From an uncultured Candidatus Binatia bacterium (GTDB lineage Bacteria > Desulfobacterota > Binatia > Bin18), in contig OZ241744.1 of NCBI GenBank assembly GCA_965200965.1, forward strand, positions 3,556,517-3,620,516: 64,000 nucleotides of DNA. Direction: 5' to 3'. Made by a program: the position numbers and the translations under genes. How positions within the stretch are numbered: position 1 is the first letter of the stretch; each line of letters starts with the position of its first letter. Shown here in pieces: positions 18,271 to 26,857 of the stretch. Under the pieces are notes generated by a model that was given only the letters and a program-made list of their open reading frames with translations, had not been told where the DNA came from and made no database searches.

Positions 18271-19770
18271 ATGAGCGACTATAAAATCGGAGAAGTGATA
18301 AGCGTTTCTGGCGAAAGAGTCTTCATCACCTTACTTGACTATGACGATAAATCGGAGACAGGCGTTCCTTCGACCATGATGGTAAATGTTCTAACAGAAA
18401 ACGGCCCGACTCCGTTACTGATCGGTCAGCCAGGAACTTTTGTGTCCATTGCACTATCCTCCGGTAAACTTCTGGCGATGATTACAACAATTGACATGAA
18501 GGAGACAGAATTGTTACAGGCTGAAATCAAGCTGCGGGGTATGAACGCGGAGGCGGTAGACCTGATCTACTTGGACCCGCCCTTCAACAGCAATCAGACC
18601 TATGCCGCACCCATCGGCTCCGAGGCGGCAGGTGCGGCCTTCAAAGATACCTGGACGCTCGATGATGTAGACGTGGCTTGGCACGGCGAGATTGCCGAGC
18701 AGGAGCCGGCCCTCTACGCGATTATTGATGCTGCCGGCCTCAGCCACTCGCCGGGCATGAAGAGCTACCTGATTATGATGGCGGTGCGATTGCTGGAGAT
18801 GCGCCGGGTGCTCAAGCCGACCGGCTCCATCTACTTGCATTGCAATCAAGATGCCGGCCACTACCTGAAACTCCTCATGGATGCCGTGTTCGGGAAGAAG
18901 GCGTTTATCACAGAAGTGGTGTGGAATTACGGCACTCCATCCGGGGGGCGCTCCGCTGGGAAAAAGCCGATCAAAGTGCATGACGTGCTGTTGGTCTATG
19001 CAAAGCGGTATGGGCAACACCTGTACAACCGGCAATTCACGCCGTACAGCGAGCAATACAAAGCTTGGTTCCGTCACGACGATGGCGACGGGCGATTGTA
19101 TCAGACCCGTTCACGGAAAGGCAAAATCGTCAAGCAATACCTTGATGAAAGCCCTGGAATCCCTCTTTCAACCTGTTGGTCAGACATTATGCAGATATAC
19201 GGACAGCAAGGCTGGTTTCCCACCACACAAAAGGAGCGCACCGGCTACCCCACCCAGAAGCCCCTTGCGCTGTTAGAGCGCATCATCACCGCCAGCAGCA
19301 ATCCCGGCGACATCGTGCTGGACCCCTTCTGCGGCTGCGCCACGGCCCTCGTCACCGCGGAACACCTGAACCGCCAATGGGTCGGCATTGACCTCTCCCC
19401 GGTGGCCGCCCGGCTGGTCAAGAGCCGCCTGGAGAAAGAGATGGGGCTGTTCTACGATGTGCATCACCGCCAGGACATCCCCCGGCGGAGCGACCTGGGC
19501 GAACTGCCGCACTACAAGACGCATAAGCATAGCTTGTTCGGTCGGCAGGAAGGGCTGTGCGGCGGGTGTGGTGTGGCCTTCCCGTTTCGCAACTTCACCA
19601 TTGACCACATTGTCTCCCGGGCCAAGGGCGGCACGGATCATTTCGACAACCTGCAACTGCTGTGCGGGGCGTGCAACAGCGCCAAGGGGCGGGGCACGCA
19701 GGCGGAACTCAAGGCGCGGCTGCGGGCGCAAGGGGTGATTGGGAAGGGGGCAGGGCGCAGATCGGCGTAG
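18271..19770 (+). CDS. Chimeric ORF: HerA-like N-terminal fragment + beta-class N4/N6 DNA methyltransferase + HNH nuclease
   Basis: IGEVISVSG...IGQPGTFVSI...LLAMIT (to ~18531); then DLIYLDPPFN, YPTQKP, LDPFCGCAT; then CGGC...IDHIVSRAKGG...NLQLLCGACNSAK. Confidence 0.8.
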   Translation: MSDYKIGEVISVSGERVFITLLDYDDKSETGVPSTMMVNVLTENGPTPLLIGQPGTFVSIALSSGKLLAMITTIDMKETELLQAEIKLRGMNAEAVDLIYLDPPFNSNQTYAAPIGSEAAGAAFKDTWTLDDVDVAWHGEIAEQEPALYAIIDAAGLSHSPGMKSYLIMMAVRLLEMRRVLKPTGSIYLHCNQDAGHYLKLLMDAVFGKKAFITEVVWNYGTPSGGRSAGKKPIKVHDVLLVYAKRYGQHLYNRQFTPYSEQYKAWFRHDDGDGRLYQTRSRKGKIVKQYLDESPGIPLSTCWSDIMQIYGQQGWFPTTQKERTGYPTQKPLALLERIITASSNPGDIVLDPFCGCATALVTAEHLNRQWVGIDLSPVAARLVKSRLEKEMGLFYDVHHRQDIPRRSDLGELPHYKTHKHSLFGRQEGLCGGCGVAFPFRNFTIDHIVSRAKGGTDHFDNLQLLCGACNSAKGRGTQAELKARLRAQGVIGKGAGRRSA

Positions 19771-19831
19771 CTGTCAGGCGTAAGCCGACACGGCGGGTGA
19801 TGTCGGATTACGCTACGCTGATCCGCCCTGC
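19750..19831. repeat. Inverted pair of REP-like hairpins (right flank of the islet)
   Basis: atcggcgtagctgtcaggcgtaagccgaca and the inverted tgtcggattacgctacgctgatccgccctg; the MTase stop codon lies inside the first. Confidence 0.6.
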
Positions 19832-19890
19832 TGTGAGCGAGGGGAGAGGGGAATCAGGGGAATATCATCAGATGAATCCGGGTTCAGACA

Positions 19891-20019
19891 TCAGCGGGCG
19901 GCGTGATCGTCGGGCGGCGGTGCTTCTGTGCCGGTCAGCACGCGGTAGAAACAGAAGCCGACAAGCCCGACGACAAAGCTGACCGATACCAGCATGGAAA
20001 TCCACCCTCCGGCTGTCAT
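19891..20019 (-). CDS. Small single-TM protein, MetS-like NSS transporter small subunit (not in the ORF track)
   Basis: MTAGGWISMLVSVSFVVGLVGFCFYRVLTGTEAPPPDDHAAR (42 aa), GAGGAG RBS, directly downstream of the NSS transporter. Confidence 0.7.
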   Translation of the reverse strand: MTAGGWISMLVSVSFVVGLVGFCFYRVLTGTEAPPPDDHAAR

Positions 20020-20031
20020 TGGCGTGTCTCC

Positions 20032-21663
20032 TCAAGGACGGAATGTGTCATCAGATCGCACGGCAGGCGAGGCGTTCCGTCCTTCGTCATCCATCGGCAG
20101 ACGCCCGTCAATATCCAGGCCGGCGGCCCGCCAGCGTCGCTCGCCGATGCGGGTTATGACGGCGAGCAGGAGCAGGACGACGGCGATAAAGCCCACGGTC
20201 CAGCGGGCGACGGCGTTCTGGCTCAGGCCGTGGAGGTAGTCGGGGAGGCTCTGGAAGCAGAAGCCAACGATAACGACGAGCAGGTAGGCCGGCGAGAGAT
20301 ATTTGATGATGAAGCGGAAGAAATGGGGGATGCGGAGCAAGGCCCCGCGGTGGGCCTCGGCCAGACCCCGGTCAATGCCGAAGACCCAGCCGAAGCAGAT
20401 AATCAGCGCGGTGGCCATGACGAAAATGCCAAGCGTGCCAACCCAGAAGTCCATCGTGTCGAGGGCGACGAGGTCCTGGCTGAAGTACAGCACCCACAGC
20501 GAGCCGAAGGTGGACAGCAGGCCGAGACAGGCGATGGCGGTGGAGCGGGGCATAGCCAGGGCTTCGGACAGGAAGGCGAATATTGGCTGGAGCATGGACA
20601 GGGAGCTGGTGACGCCGGCCAGGAACAGCATGAGGAAGAAAATGGCACCGATGATCTGCCCGAAGACGCCCATGTGGGCGAAGACGACCGGCAGGGTGTG
20701 AAAGCCGAGGCCGAAGCTGCTGCCGACGGCGATGCCGGCCCCCAGAAAGATGAAGGCCGCAGGGATGGTAATCAGGCCGCCGAGGGCGACTTCAACGAAC
20801 TCGTTGGTGGAGGAGGCGGTCAGCCCGGACAGCACCACATCGTCTTTTTTGCTGAGGTAGGAGGCGTAGTTGATGATGACGCCAAAGCCGACCGACAGGC
20901 TGAAGAAGACTTGGCTGGCCGCGGCTAACCAAGTCTTGAAGTCGCCGAGTTTGGAGAGGTCGGGGTTCCACATGAAGCCGAGGCCGCCCAGGACATTCTG
21001 GTCGGGCAGGCTGGGGTCGGGCGTGCCCAGGGTCAGGACGCGGGCGAGCACAATCAGGGCGCAGACGAGCATGGTCGGCATGGCGATCTTGCAGAAGGTC
21101 TCGATGCCTTTGGCCAGACCACGCCAGATGAACCACAGGTTGAAGGCGACGGTGGCCAGCAGAAACAGCACGCCGGGGTGCAGGCTGCCGTTCAGGGTCA
21201 GGCCGTTGGCCTTGTCGCCGGTCACCGCGGTAAAGAAGTCGCCCGACTGGGCGGTGTACCGGGTCGGGTCTGGACCAAGGTCAATGCTGCCGGTCAGGTA
21301 GGCAACAAAGTAGCGCAGGCACCACGATTCGATCAGCACATAGTACATGTAGACGATGAGCGGGACGAGCAGGCCGAGGACGCCGCTGTAGCGGGCCGTC
21401 GATCCCCTGCCGACGATGCCCAGAATGGCCGGGGCGGAATGCAGGCCCTTGCGCCCGCCGTAGCGGCCGAGGCTCCACTCCGCCCAGCAGATCGGGATGC
21501 CCAGAAACAGCAGGGCGCAGAAGTAGGGGATCATGAACGCCCCGCCGCCGTTCTGGGCGACTTGGCCGGGAAAGCGCAGAAAATTGCCCATGCCTACCGC
21601 GGACCCCGCTACGGCTAAAATGACCCCGACCCGACTCCCCCAACGCTCCTGCTGTTCAGTCAT
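20032..21663 (-). CDS. Sodium-dependent transporter (NSS/SNF family)
   Basis: ERWGSRVGVILAVAGSAVGMGNFLRFP...GGGAFMIPY and QVFFSLSVG. Confidence 0.93.
   Translation of the reverse strand: MTEQQERWGSRVGVILAVAGSAVGMGNFLRFPGQVAQNGGGAFMIPYFCALLFLGIPICWAEWSLGRYGGRKGLHSAPAILGIVGRGSTARYSGVLGLLVPLIVYMYYVLIESWCLRYFVAYLTGSIDLGPDPTRYTAQSGDFFTAVTGDKANGLTLNGSLHPGVLFLLATVAFNLWFIWRGLAKGIETFCKIAMPTMLVCALIVLARVLTLGTPDPSLPDQNVLGGLGFMWNPDLSKLGDFKTWLAAASQVFFSLSVGFGVIINYASYLSKKDDVVLSGLTASSTNEFVEVALGGLITIPAAFIFLGAGIAVGSSFGLGFHTLPVVFAHMGVFGQIIGAIFFLMLFLAGVTSSLSMLQPIFAFLSEALAMPRSTAIACLGLLSTFGSLWVLYFSQDLVALDTMDFWVGTLGIFVMATALIICFGWVFGIDRGLAEAHRGALLRIPHFFRFIIKYLSPAYLLVVIVGFCFQSLPDYLHGLSQNAVARWTVGFIAVVLLLLAVITRIGERRWRAAGLDIDGRLPMDDEGRNASPAVRSDDTFRP
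20034..20084. repeat. Intragenic palindromic element, copy A
   Basis: aaggacggaatgtgtc...gaggcgttccgtcctt; homologous to 59004-59054. Confidence 0.8.
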
Positions 21664-21768
21664 GCTGCTGTCTTCCCTCTGAGACACAATGAGGCAGGCC
21701 GTATGTCCACTGCCCGAAGCCGATACCGATTTGTATACCGCCTCGGGCGGCACGCATCCGACTAGCCA

Positions 21769-22740
21769 CTAGCCACACGCGAGCAGCGCTTGTTGGAGCG
21801 CGTCGCGGTCAAAGCCTTTGCCGATGAACACCACATGCTCCGGCGGCTCGGGCAACAGGTCGATCCATTCCATGTCAAACTCACCCGCAACGTATTGGAA
21901 CATCCACTGTTCCTCCGAATCGGTAAAACGGACAAAGCCCTTGGCCCGCCAGACGGTGGACGGCAGAGCACGCATCAAGGCTTCAAACCGGGCGCGGACC
22001 AGCGGAGCCTGACACAGGTGGGTCAGGGTATGAAAGTGGTCGTGGACAGAGAGGACGGAACGTGTCGCCTTCCGGTCATGTGGGCTGGCCGAACGGGCAA
22101 GTGTTCCCGTTGTCGCCAGAATACGGTCGTAGTCCAGTGCTCCCCGCTCGGTCAGGACAATTTGGGCGCGGGGGTTGAGCCGGCGAATCTGGGCCCTCAG
22201 GTCTGCCAGGGTGTGGTCATCGGCCAAGTCGCGCTTGTTGAGCACCACAAAGTCGGCCAGCTCGGTCTGTTGCTGAATCCCGGCGTGCAACTCTTCGGCC
22301 AGCCGGGCAAAATTGTGCGGGTCAAGCACGGCGATCAGCGACGCCAGCCGGACCCGGGTCAGGACTTCTTCCTTGGTGGCCTGATCGATCAGTTCGACCG
22401 GGTCGGCCAAGCCGGTGGCTTCCACAAAGATAAGGTTCGGCTTGAGCGCGGCGACTTCCTGGAGGGCCAAGCCGAGCGTGCTGCCGATTGTGCAGCAGAT
22501 GCAGCCGTTAGTCATCTCGCGGACGCTAAAGCCCTGGCCGCGTAGCAGTTCGCCGTCGATATTGACCTCGCCGTACTCGTTCATCATCACCGCCGGCTTG
22601 AGCCCGACTGCCAGGCAGTGGTCCAGCAGCCGCTTCAGCAGGGTGGTTTTGCCGCTGCCCAAAAAGCCGGAGAGCAGGTGGAGCGGAATCCGATCGGCCT
22701 CGGTGAAGACCAGGCGTTCCTTGTGTGGACTGTCCGCCAT
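21769..22740 (-). CDS. COG0523/CobW family metallochaperone GTPase
   Basis: GFLGSGKTT, NEYGE, GCICC, EATGLADP, NKRD, RAKGFV. Confidence 0.92.
   Translation of the reverse strand: MADSPHKERLVFTEADRIPLHLLSGFLGSGKTTLLKRLLDHCLAVGLKPAVMMNEYGEVNIDGELLRGQGFSVREMTNGCICCTIGSTLGLALQEVAALKPNLIFVEATGLADPVELIDQATKEEVLTRVRLASLIAVLDPHNFARLAEELHAGIQQQTELADFVVLNKRDLADDHTLADLRAQIRRLNPRAQIVLTERGALDYDRILATTGTLARSASPHDRKATRSVLSVHDHFHTLTHLCQAPLVRARFEALMRALPSTVWRAKGFVRFTDSEEQWMFQYVAGEFDMEWIDLLPEPPEHVVFIGKGFDRDALQQALLACG
22051..22074. repeat. Intragenic palindromic element, copy B (one arm plus part of the loop)
   Basis: gaggacggaacgtgtcgccttccg is the exact reverse complement of 59031-59054. Confidence 0.8.
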
Positions 22741-22813
22741 ACGGCCAGTATTCCAGGATTCTCCAGGCGAGGGAAGGCGGGCTTGGCTCTCCGTCTGTGA
22801 GAGATAGGGTTAT

Positions 22814-24013
22814 CTAGCGCTTTAAGCGCTTGAGGGCGGCCTCGATCTGGTCCATGCCTTTTTGCAGATTGGCCATCGAGGTGGCATACGAGATACGGAC
22901 ATTGTCGGGTGCGCCAAAGCCCTCGCCGGCGACCAGGGCGACGCGGGCCTCTTCCAGCAGGTACAGGGCGAGGTCGGTCGCCGATTCAATGCGGCTGTCC
23001 GGCCCTGTTGCTCCAAAGTAGCCGGACACATTGGGGAAGACGTAGAACGCGCCTTCGGGCAGGGTACAGGTGAGGCCGGGAATGGCGCGCAGGCGGTCAA
23101 CGATGTAGTTGCGGCGTGTGGCAAACTCGGCGGCCATCACGCCGACCGGCTCCTGGGTCCCGGTCAAGGCCGCTACTGCTGCGGCTTGGCTGATAGAACT
23201 GGGGTTTGAGGTGCTCTGGCTCTGGAGCGTTTCGATCGCTTTGATCAGCTCTGCCGGACCCGCGGCATATCCCAGACGCCAGCCGGTCATAGCGTAGGTC
23301 TTGGACACCGAGTTGACTAGCAGGACCCTGTCGCGGAGCTCGGGTTTGCGGGCCAGAATCTGGGCGCACCGCGGTGAATCGTATAAAAACTTCTCGTATA
23401 CCTCGTCCGAAATAACGATCAGGTCTGTCGGCTCAATCACCTCAATCAGCCGGTCCAGCTCGTGTTCCGTATAGGCTGCGCCGGTTGGGTTTGAAGGGCT
23501 GTTGAGCAGGAGGGCCTTGCTGGTGGGACCAATGGCCGCTTTGAGCTGTGCGGCGGTCAGCTTAAAACCGGTCTCCTCGGTCGTTGTCAACAGCTTTGGC
23601 CGCGCACCGGTCAGGATCACCATGTCCGAATAGCTGACCCAATATGGGGTGGGGATCAGGACCTCGTCGTCCGCTCCAAACAGAGCGTGGAAGGCGTTGA
23701 ACAGGGTGTGTTTCCCGCCCGAGTTGGTGGTCACCTCGGACAAGGCATAGCGAAGCCCATTATCCCGTTCCAGTTTGGCGATAATCGCCTCTTTGACGGC
23801 CGCGGTCCCGCCGACCGGGGTGTATTTGGTCTGGCCCTGGTTGATGGCTGCCACGGCCGCGGCCTTGATATGCTCGGGCGTGTCAAAGTCGGGCTCTCCG
23901 GCACCAAAATCAATCACGCTGATGCCCTGGCGACCGAGGGCGGCGACCTGGGCGGTGACGGCGAGGGTGGGAGAGGGCTTGATGAGCGACAGGCGTTCGG
24001 CAAGCTGTGTCAT
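22814..24013 (-). CDS. aspC: Aspartate aminotransferase (class I/II PLP enzyme)
   Basis: GEPDFDTP, NSPSNPTG, SDEVY, SKTYAMTGWRLG. Confidence 0.9.
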   Translation of the reverse strand: MTQLAERLSLIKPSPTLAVTAQVAALGRQGISVIDFGAGEPDFDTPEHIKAAAVAAINQGQTKYTPVGGTAAVKEAIIAKLERDNGLRYALSEVTTNSGGKHTLFNAFHALFGADDEVLIPTPYWVSYSDMVILTGARPKLLTTTEETGFKLTAAQLKAAIGPTSKALLLNSPSNPTGAAYTEHELDRLIEVIEPTDLIVISDEVYEKFLYDSPRCAQILARKPELRDRVLLVNSVSKTYAMTGWRLGYAAGPAELIKAIETLQSQSTSNPSSISQAAAVAALTGTQEPVGVMAAEFATRRNYIVDRLRAIPGLTCTLPEGAFYVFPNVSGYFGATGPDSRIESATDLALYLLEEARVALVAGEGFGAPDNVRISYATSMANLQKGMDQIEAALKRLKR

Positions 24014-24537
24014 GGTTCTGCTGTATGTGGGGTTGAGGGCACGGAGGAGTTTTCGGCCAGCTTTTCCCGCAGCCGTTTCTCAACGTGAGGCGGGACCAGC
24101 CCTTGGACCGATCCCCTGAAGCTGGCAATTTCTTTGACCAAGCGCGAGGCGGTGTAGAAATGGGCGGCACCGGTGGCCAGGAAAATCGTTTCAATGTGTG
24201 GTTTCATGTGCCGATTCATGAGAGCCATTTGAAACTCGTACTCAAAATCGGAGGCCGCCCGCAGGCCACGAATCACAAGGGAAGCTCGCATTTTCTCGAC
24301 ATAGTCAACTAGCAGGCCATGAAAACTATCGTAGAGCACCCGGTCGCCGGCCTCTTTGAACTCCTCGCGGAACATGGCGAGGCGTTCCTCGGGGGTGAAT
24401 AGATAGTTTGACTTCTGCGGGTTGTACACCACCGCCACGACGACCTCGTCAACAAGCTCCAGGCTGCGACGGACAATGTCGATATGTCCGTAGGTCGGTG
24501 GATCAAAAGAGCCTGGGTAAATACCCCGACGTTTCAC
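24010..24537 (-). CDS. coaD: Pantetheine-phosphate adenylyltransferase
   Basis: YPGSFDPPTYGHIDI, RGLRAASDFEYEFQMALMNR. Confidence 0.97.
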   Translation of the reverse strand: MKRRGIYPGSFDPPTYGHIDIVRRSLELVDEVVVAVVYNPQKSNYLFTPEERLAMFREEFKEAGDRVLYDSFHGLLVDYVEKMRASLVIRGLRAASDFEYEFQMALMNRHMKPHIETIFLATGAAHFYTASRLVKEIASFRGSVQGLVPPHVEKRLREKLAENSSVPSTPHTAEP

Positions 24538-25106
24538 GCTGCCTCCTCGTCCCGGTCCTCATAGAAGGACACCCTGGTTTTGCCGTAACGGCGGCGGTCC
24601 GTCAATACCAAACCGCCATAGGCACCAGCCCCGCTCTCACCGGGGTCATGCTCAACCACGACCCAGGCATTGGGGCTGAGGAGCGGGCCGGCGGCTAAGG
24701 CCCGGAGCATCTTGTCCACCCAACCCTGGCCGTATGGCGGATCGACGAAGACGCCCTGGAAGCGTAAGCCCTGCTGGACGGCGATTTTCAGCCCGGTTGT
24801 GGCATAGGTGCGCAGAATGCGGCCCCGCTGGCGAAAGCCGGTTGTGCGCAGATTGGTCCGAAGCGTACGCTGGGCTTCCGGGTGCGGATCAATAAAAACG
24901 GCCGACTTGGCCCCTCGGCTCAGGGCTTCGAGACCCAGCGCGCCGGTGCCGGCAAACAGATCAAGGATGGCGGCCCCCTGGAGCGGAAAGCGGCTGGCCA
25001 GGATATTGAAAATCGCTTCTCTGACCTGATCGGCCGTTGGCCGGACGGTGTAGCCCTTGGGCGCTTTGAGTTGGAGGCCGCCATGGGAGCCGGCAATGAT
25101 ACGCAC
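24534..25106 (-). CDS. rsmD: 16S rRNA m2G966 methyltransferase
   Basis: RPTADQVREAIFN, DLFAGTGALGLEALSRG, DPPY. Confidence 0.95.
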   Translation of the reverse strand: MRIIAGSHGGLQLKAPKGYTVRPTADQVREAIFNILASRFPLQGAAILDLFAGTGALGLEALSRGAKSAVFIDPHPEAQRTLRTNLRTTGFRQRGRILRTYATTGLKIAVQQGLRFQGVFVDPPYGQGWVDKMLRALAAGPLLSPNAWVVVEHDPGESGAGAYGGLVLTDRRRYGKTRVSFYEDRDEEAA

Positions 25107-25252
25107 GACGCACTCAGAGTATGGACGGCCACCACGGTGGCCCCCAGTGTGGTCTGGCTGACGCCGGGCGGGTTTAGGCCGGCGTCAAGCACGCCACTAT
25201 AGGCACACACGCCCTTGTTCAGCAAGCGGAATTTCGTCACTATGAGACTATT

Positions 25253-25912
25253 GTGAACTTCGTACTGGTGCCGGTGAAAGCCCTGGCTGAGGGGAAAACC
25301 CGCCTGTCGATTGTGCTGTCCGAGACGGCCCGCCGAGCCCTGTCACGGGCCATGCTGACCGATGTGGTGACGAGTGTTTTTCAGGTTCCGACGGTCGATC
25401 GGGTCGCGGTGGTCAGTTCCGACCCGTCCCTGCTCGCCCTGGCACGGGGGCTGGGAGCGTTGACCGTAGATGAGGGGCATCCGCGCGGGCTGAACGGGGC
25501 GACCGGGCTGGGGACAGACTTTTGTCTGCGTCACGGGGCAACAACGCTCCTGGTGTTGCTGTCCGATTTGCCGCTCATCCGCCCACAAGACATCGCCCAT
25601 CTGTTCGCCCAGCTGAGCGGCCGGCCTGAGATCCTGCTCGTGCGCTGTAAGTATGGGGACGGGACCAATGCCTTTATGCGCGTGCCGCCACTAGTCATGC
25701 AGCCGTGTTTTGGTGGGCCAAGCCTGGCCGCCCATCAACAGGCCGCCCGCCGACAGGGTATTGCGTGTCGTGTTGTCGAGGCACAGAGTATTCGCTTTGA
25801 TCTGGACTCGGTGGAAGACCTCAAACAGTGTGAACACAAACAGCTCGCCCCGCATACCGCTCGAGTACTACGCGAGTCTGGTGTCTTTAGCATTGACCGA
25901 CCGAAAGCGTAA
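25253..25912 (+). CDS. cofC: 2-phospho-L-lactate/PEP guanylyltransferase (F420 biosynthesis)
   Basis: VPVK...KTRL, AMLTDV, DLPL, GTNA, DLDSVEDL. Confidence 0.88.
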   Translation: MNFVLVPVKALAEGKTRLSIVLSETARRALSRAMLTDVVTSVFQVPTVDRVAVVSSDPSLLALARGLGALTVDEGHPRGLNGATGLGTDFCLRHGATTLLVLLSDLPLIRPQDIAHLFAQLSGRPEILLVRCKYGDGTNAFMRVPPLVMQPCFGGPSLAAHQQAARRQGIACRVVEAQSIRFDLDSVEDLKQCEHKQLAPHTARVLRESGVFSIDRPKA

Positions 25913-25923
25913 ACCGGTGGAAC

Positions 25924-26844
25924 ATGGGGAAGCCCAAGCTTGTGGTGATTGCTGGGCCAACGGCCAGCGGAAAAACAGCCCTGGGGATTGAGTTGGCCGG
26001 CCTCTGTAACACCGAAATCGTGAGCGCTGATTCCCGTCAGGTGTACCGCTATCTCGATATTGGGACGGCCAAACCCACGCCCCACGAACGGCGCGCCGCC
26101 CGCCACCACTTGCTTGACGTGGTTGAGCCGGATGCGGGCTTTGACGTGGCGCGTTTTCGTCAGCTGGCCCAGACCGCCATCGCCGATATTGTGCAGCGCG
26201 GAAAACACGCCTTGGTGGTCGGCGGGACGGGGCTCTACATCCGCGCCCTGACGCGCGGGCTGTTTGATGGACCGCCGGCCGATAGCGCGCTGCGGGCCCG
26301 TCTGCGGCAGCAGGAAGACGATGTGGGCGGCAGTTTTTTACACCGCCAGTTGCAACAGATCGATCCGCCGGCCGCCGCCCGCCTGCATCCGAACGATAGG
26401 CCGCGCCTCATCCGGGCCTTAGAGGTGTTTCTGCTCAGCGGTACCCCGCTCAGTCAGTGGCAGGCGCGGCACGGCTTTCGAGAGCGCCCTTTTGACACCC
26501 TGACGATCGGACTCGAACGAGACCGTGCCAGCCTGCACGAACGAATTGGCCGGCGCTGTCGGGAGATGGTACAGAAGGGGCTAGTGGAAGAGTTGCGTGG
26601 GCTGTGGCAGCTGGGCTATAGCCCCGACCTGCCCGTGCTGCAGACGATTGGCTATACCCAGATGCGGCGTGTCCTTGAGCACCGGTGTGGGCTGGAAGAG
26701 GCGCTGACCGACATGGCGCAACACACCCGGCGGCTGGCCAAACGGCAGATGACGTGGTTTCGCGCTGAGCCGGCGGTGTGCTGGTTTGGGCCAGACCAAA
26801 TTGACCAGATTCGGACCACGGTCGCAAAATTTTTGCACCTTTGA
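25924..26844 (+). CDS. miaA: tRNA dimethylallyltransferase
   Basis: GPTASGKT, SADSRQVY, DIGTAKP, AKRQMTWF. Confidence 0.97.
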   Translation: MGKPKLVVIAGPTASGKTALGIELAGLCNTEIVSADSRQVYRYLDIGTAKPTPHERRAARHHLLDVVEPDAGFDVARFRQLAQTAIADIVQRGKHALVVGGTGLYIRALTRGLFDGPPADSALRARLRQQEDDVGGSFLHRQLQQIDPPAAARLHPNDRPRLIRALEVFLLSGTPLSQWQARHGFRERPFDTLTIGLERDRASLHERIGRRCREMVQKGLVEELRGLWQLGYSPDLPVLQTIGYTQMRRVLEHRCGLEEALTDMAQHTRRLAKRQMTWFRAEPAVCWFGPDQIDQIRTTVAKFLHL

Positions 26845-26857
26845 TGAGGGGAGAGTC

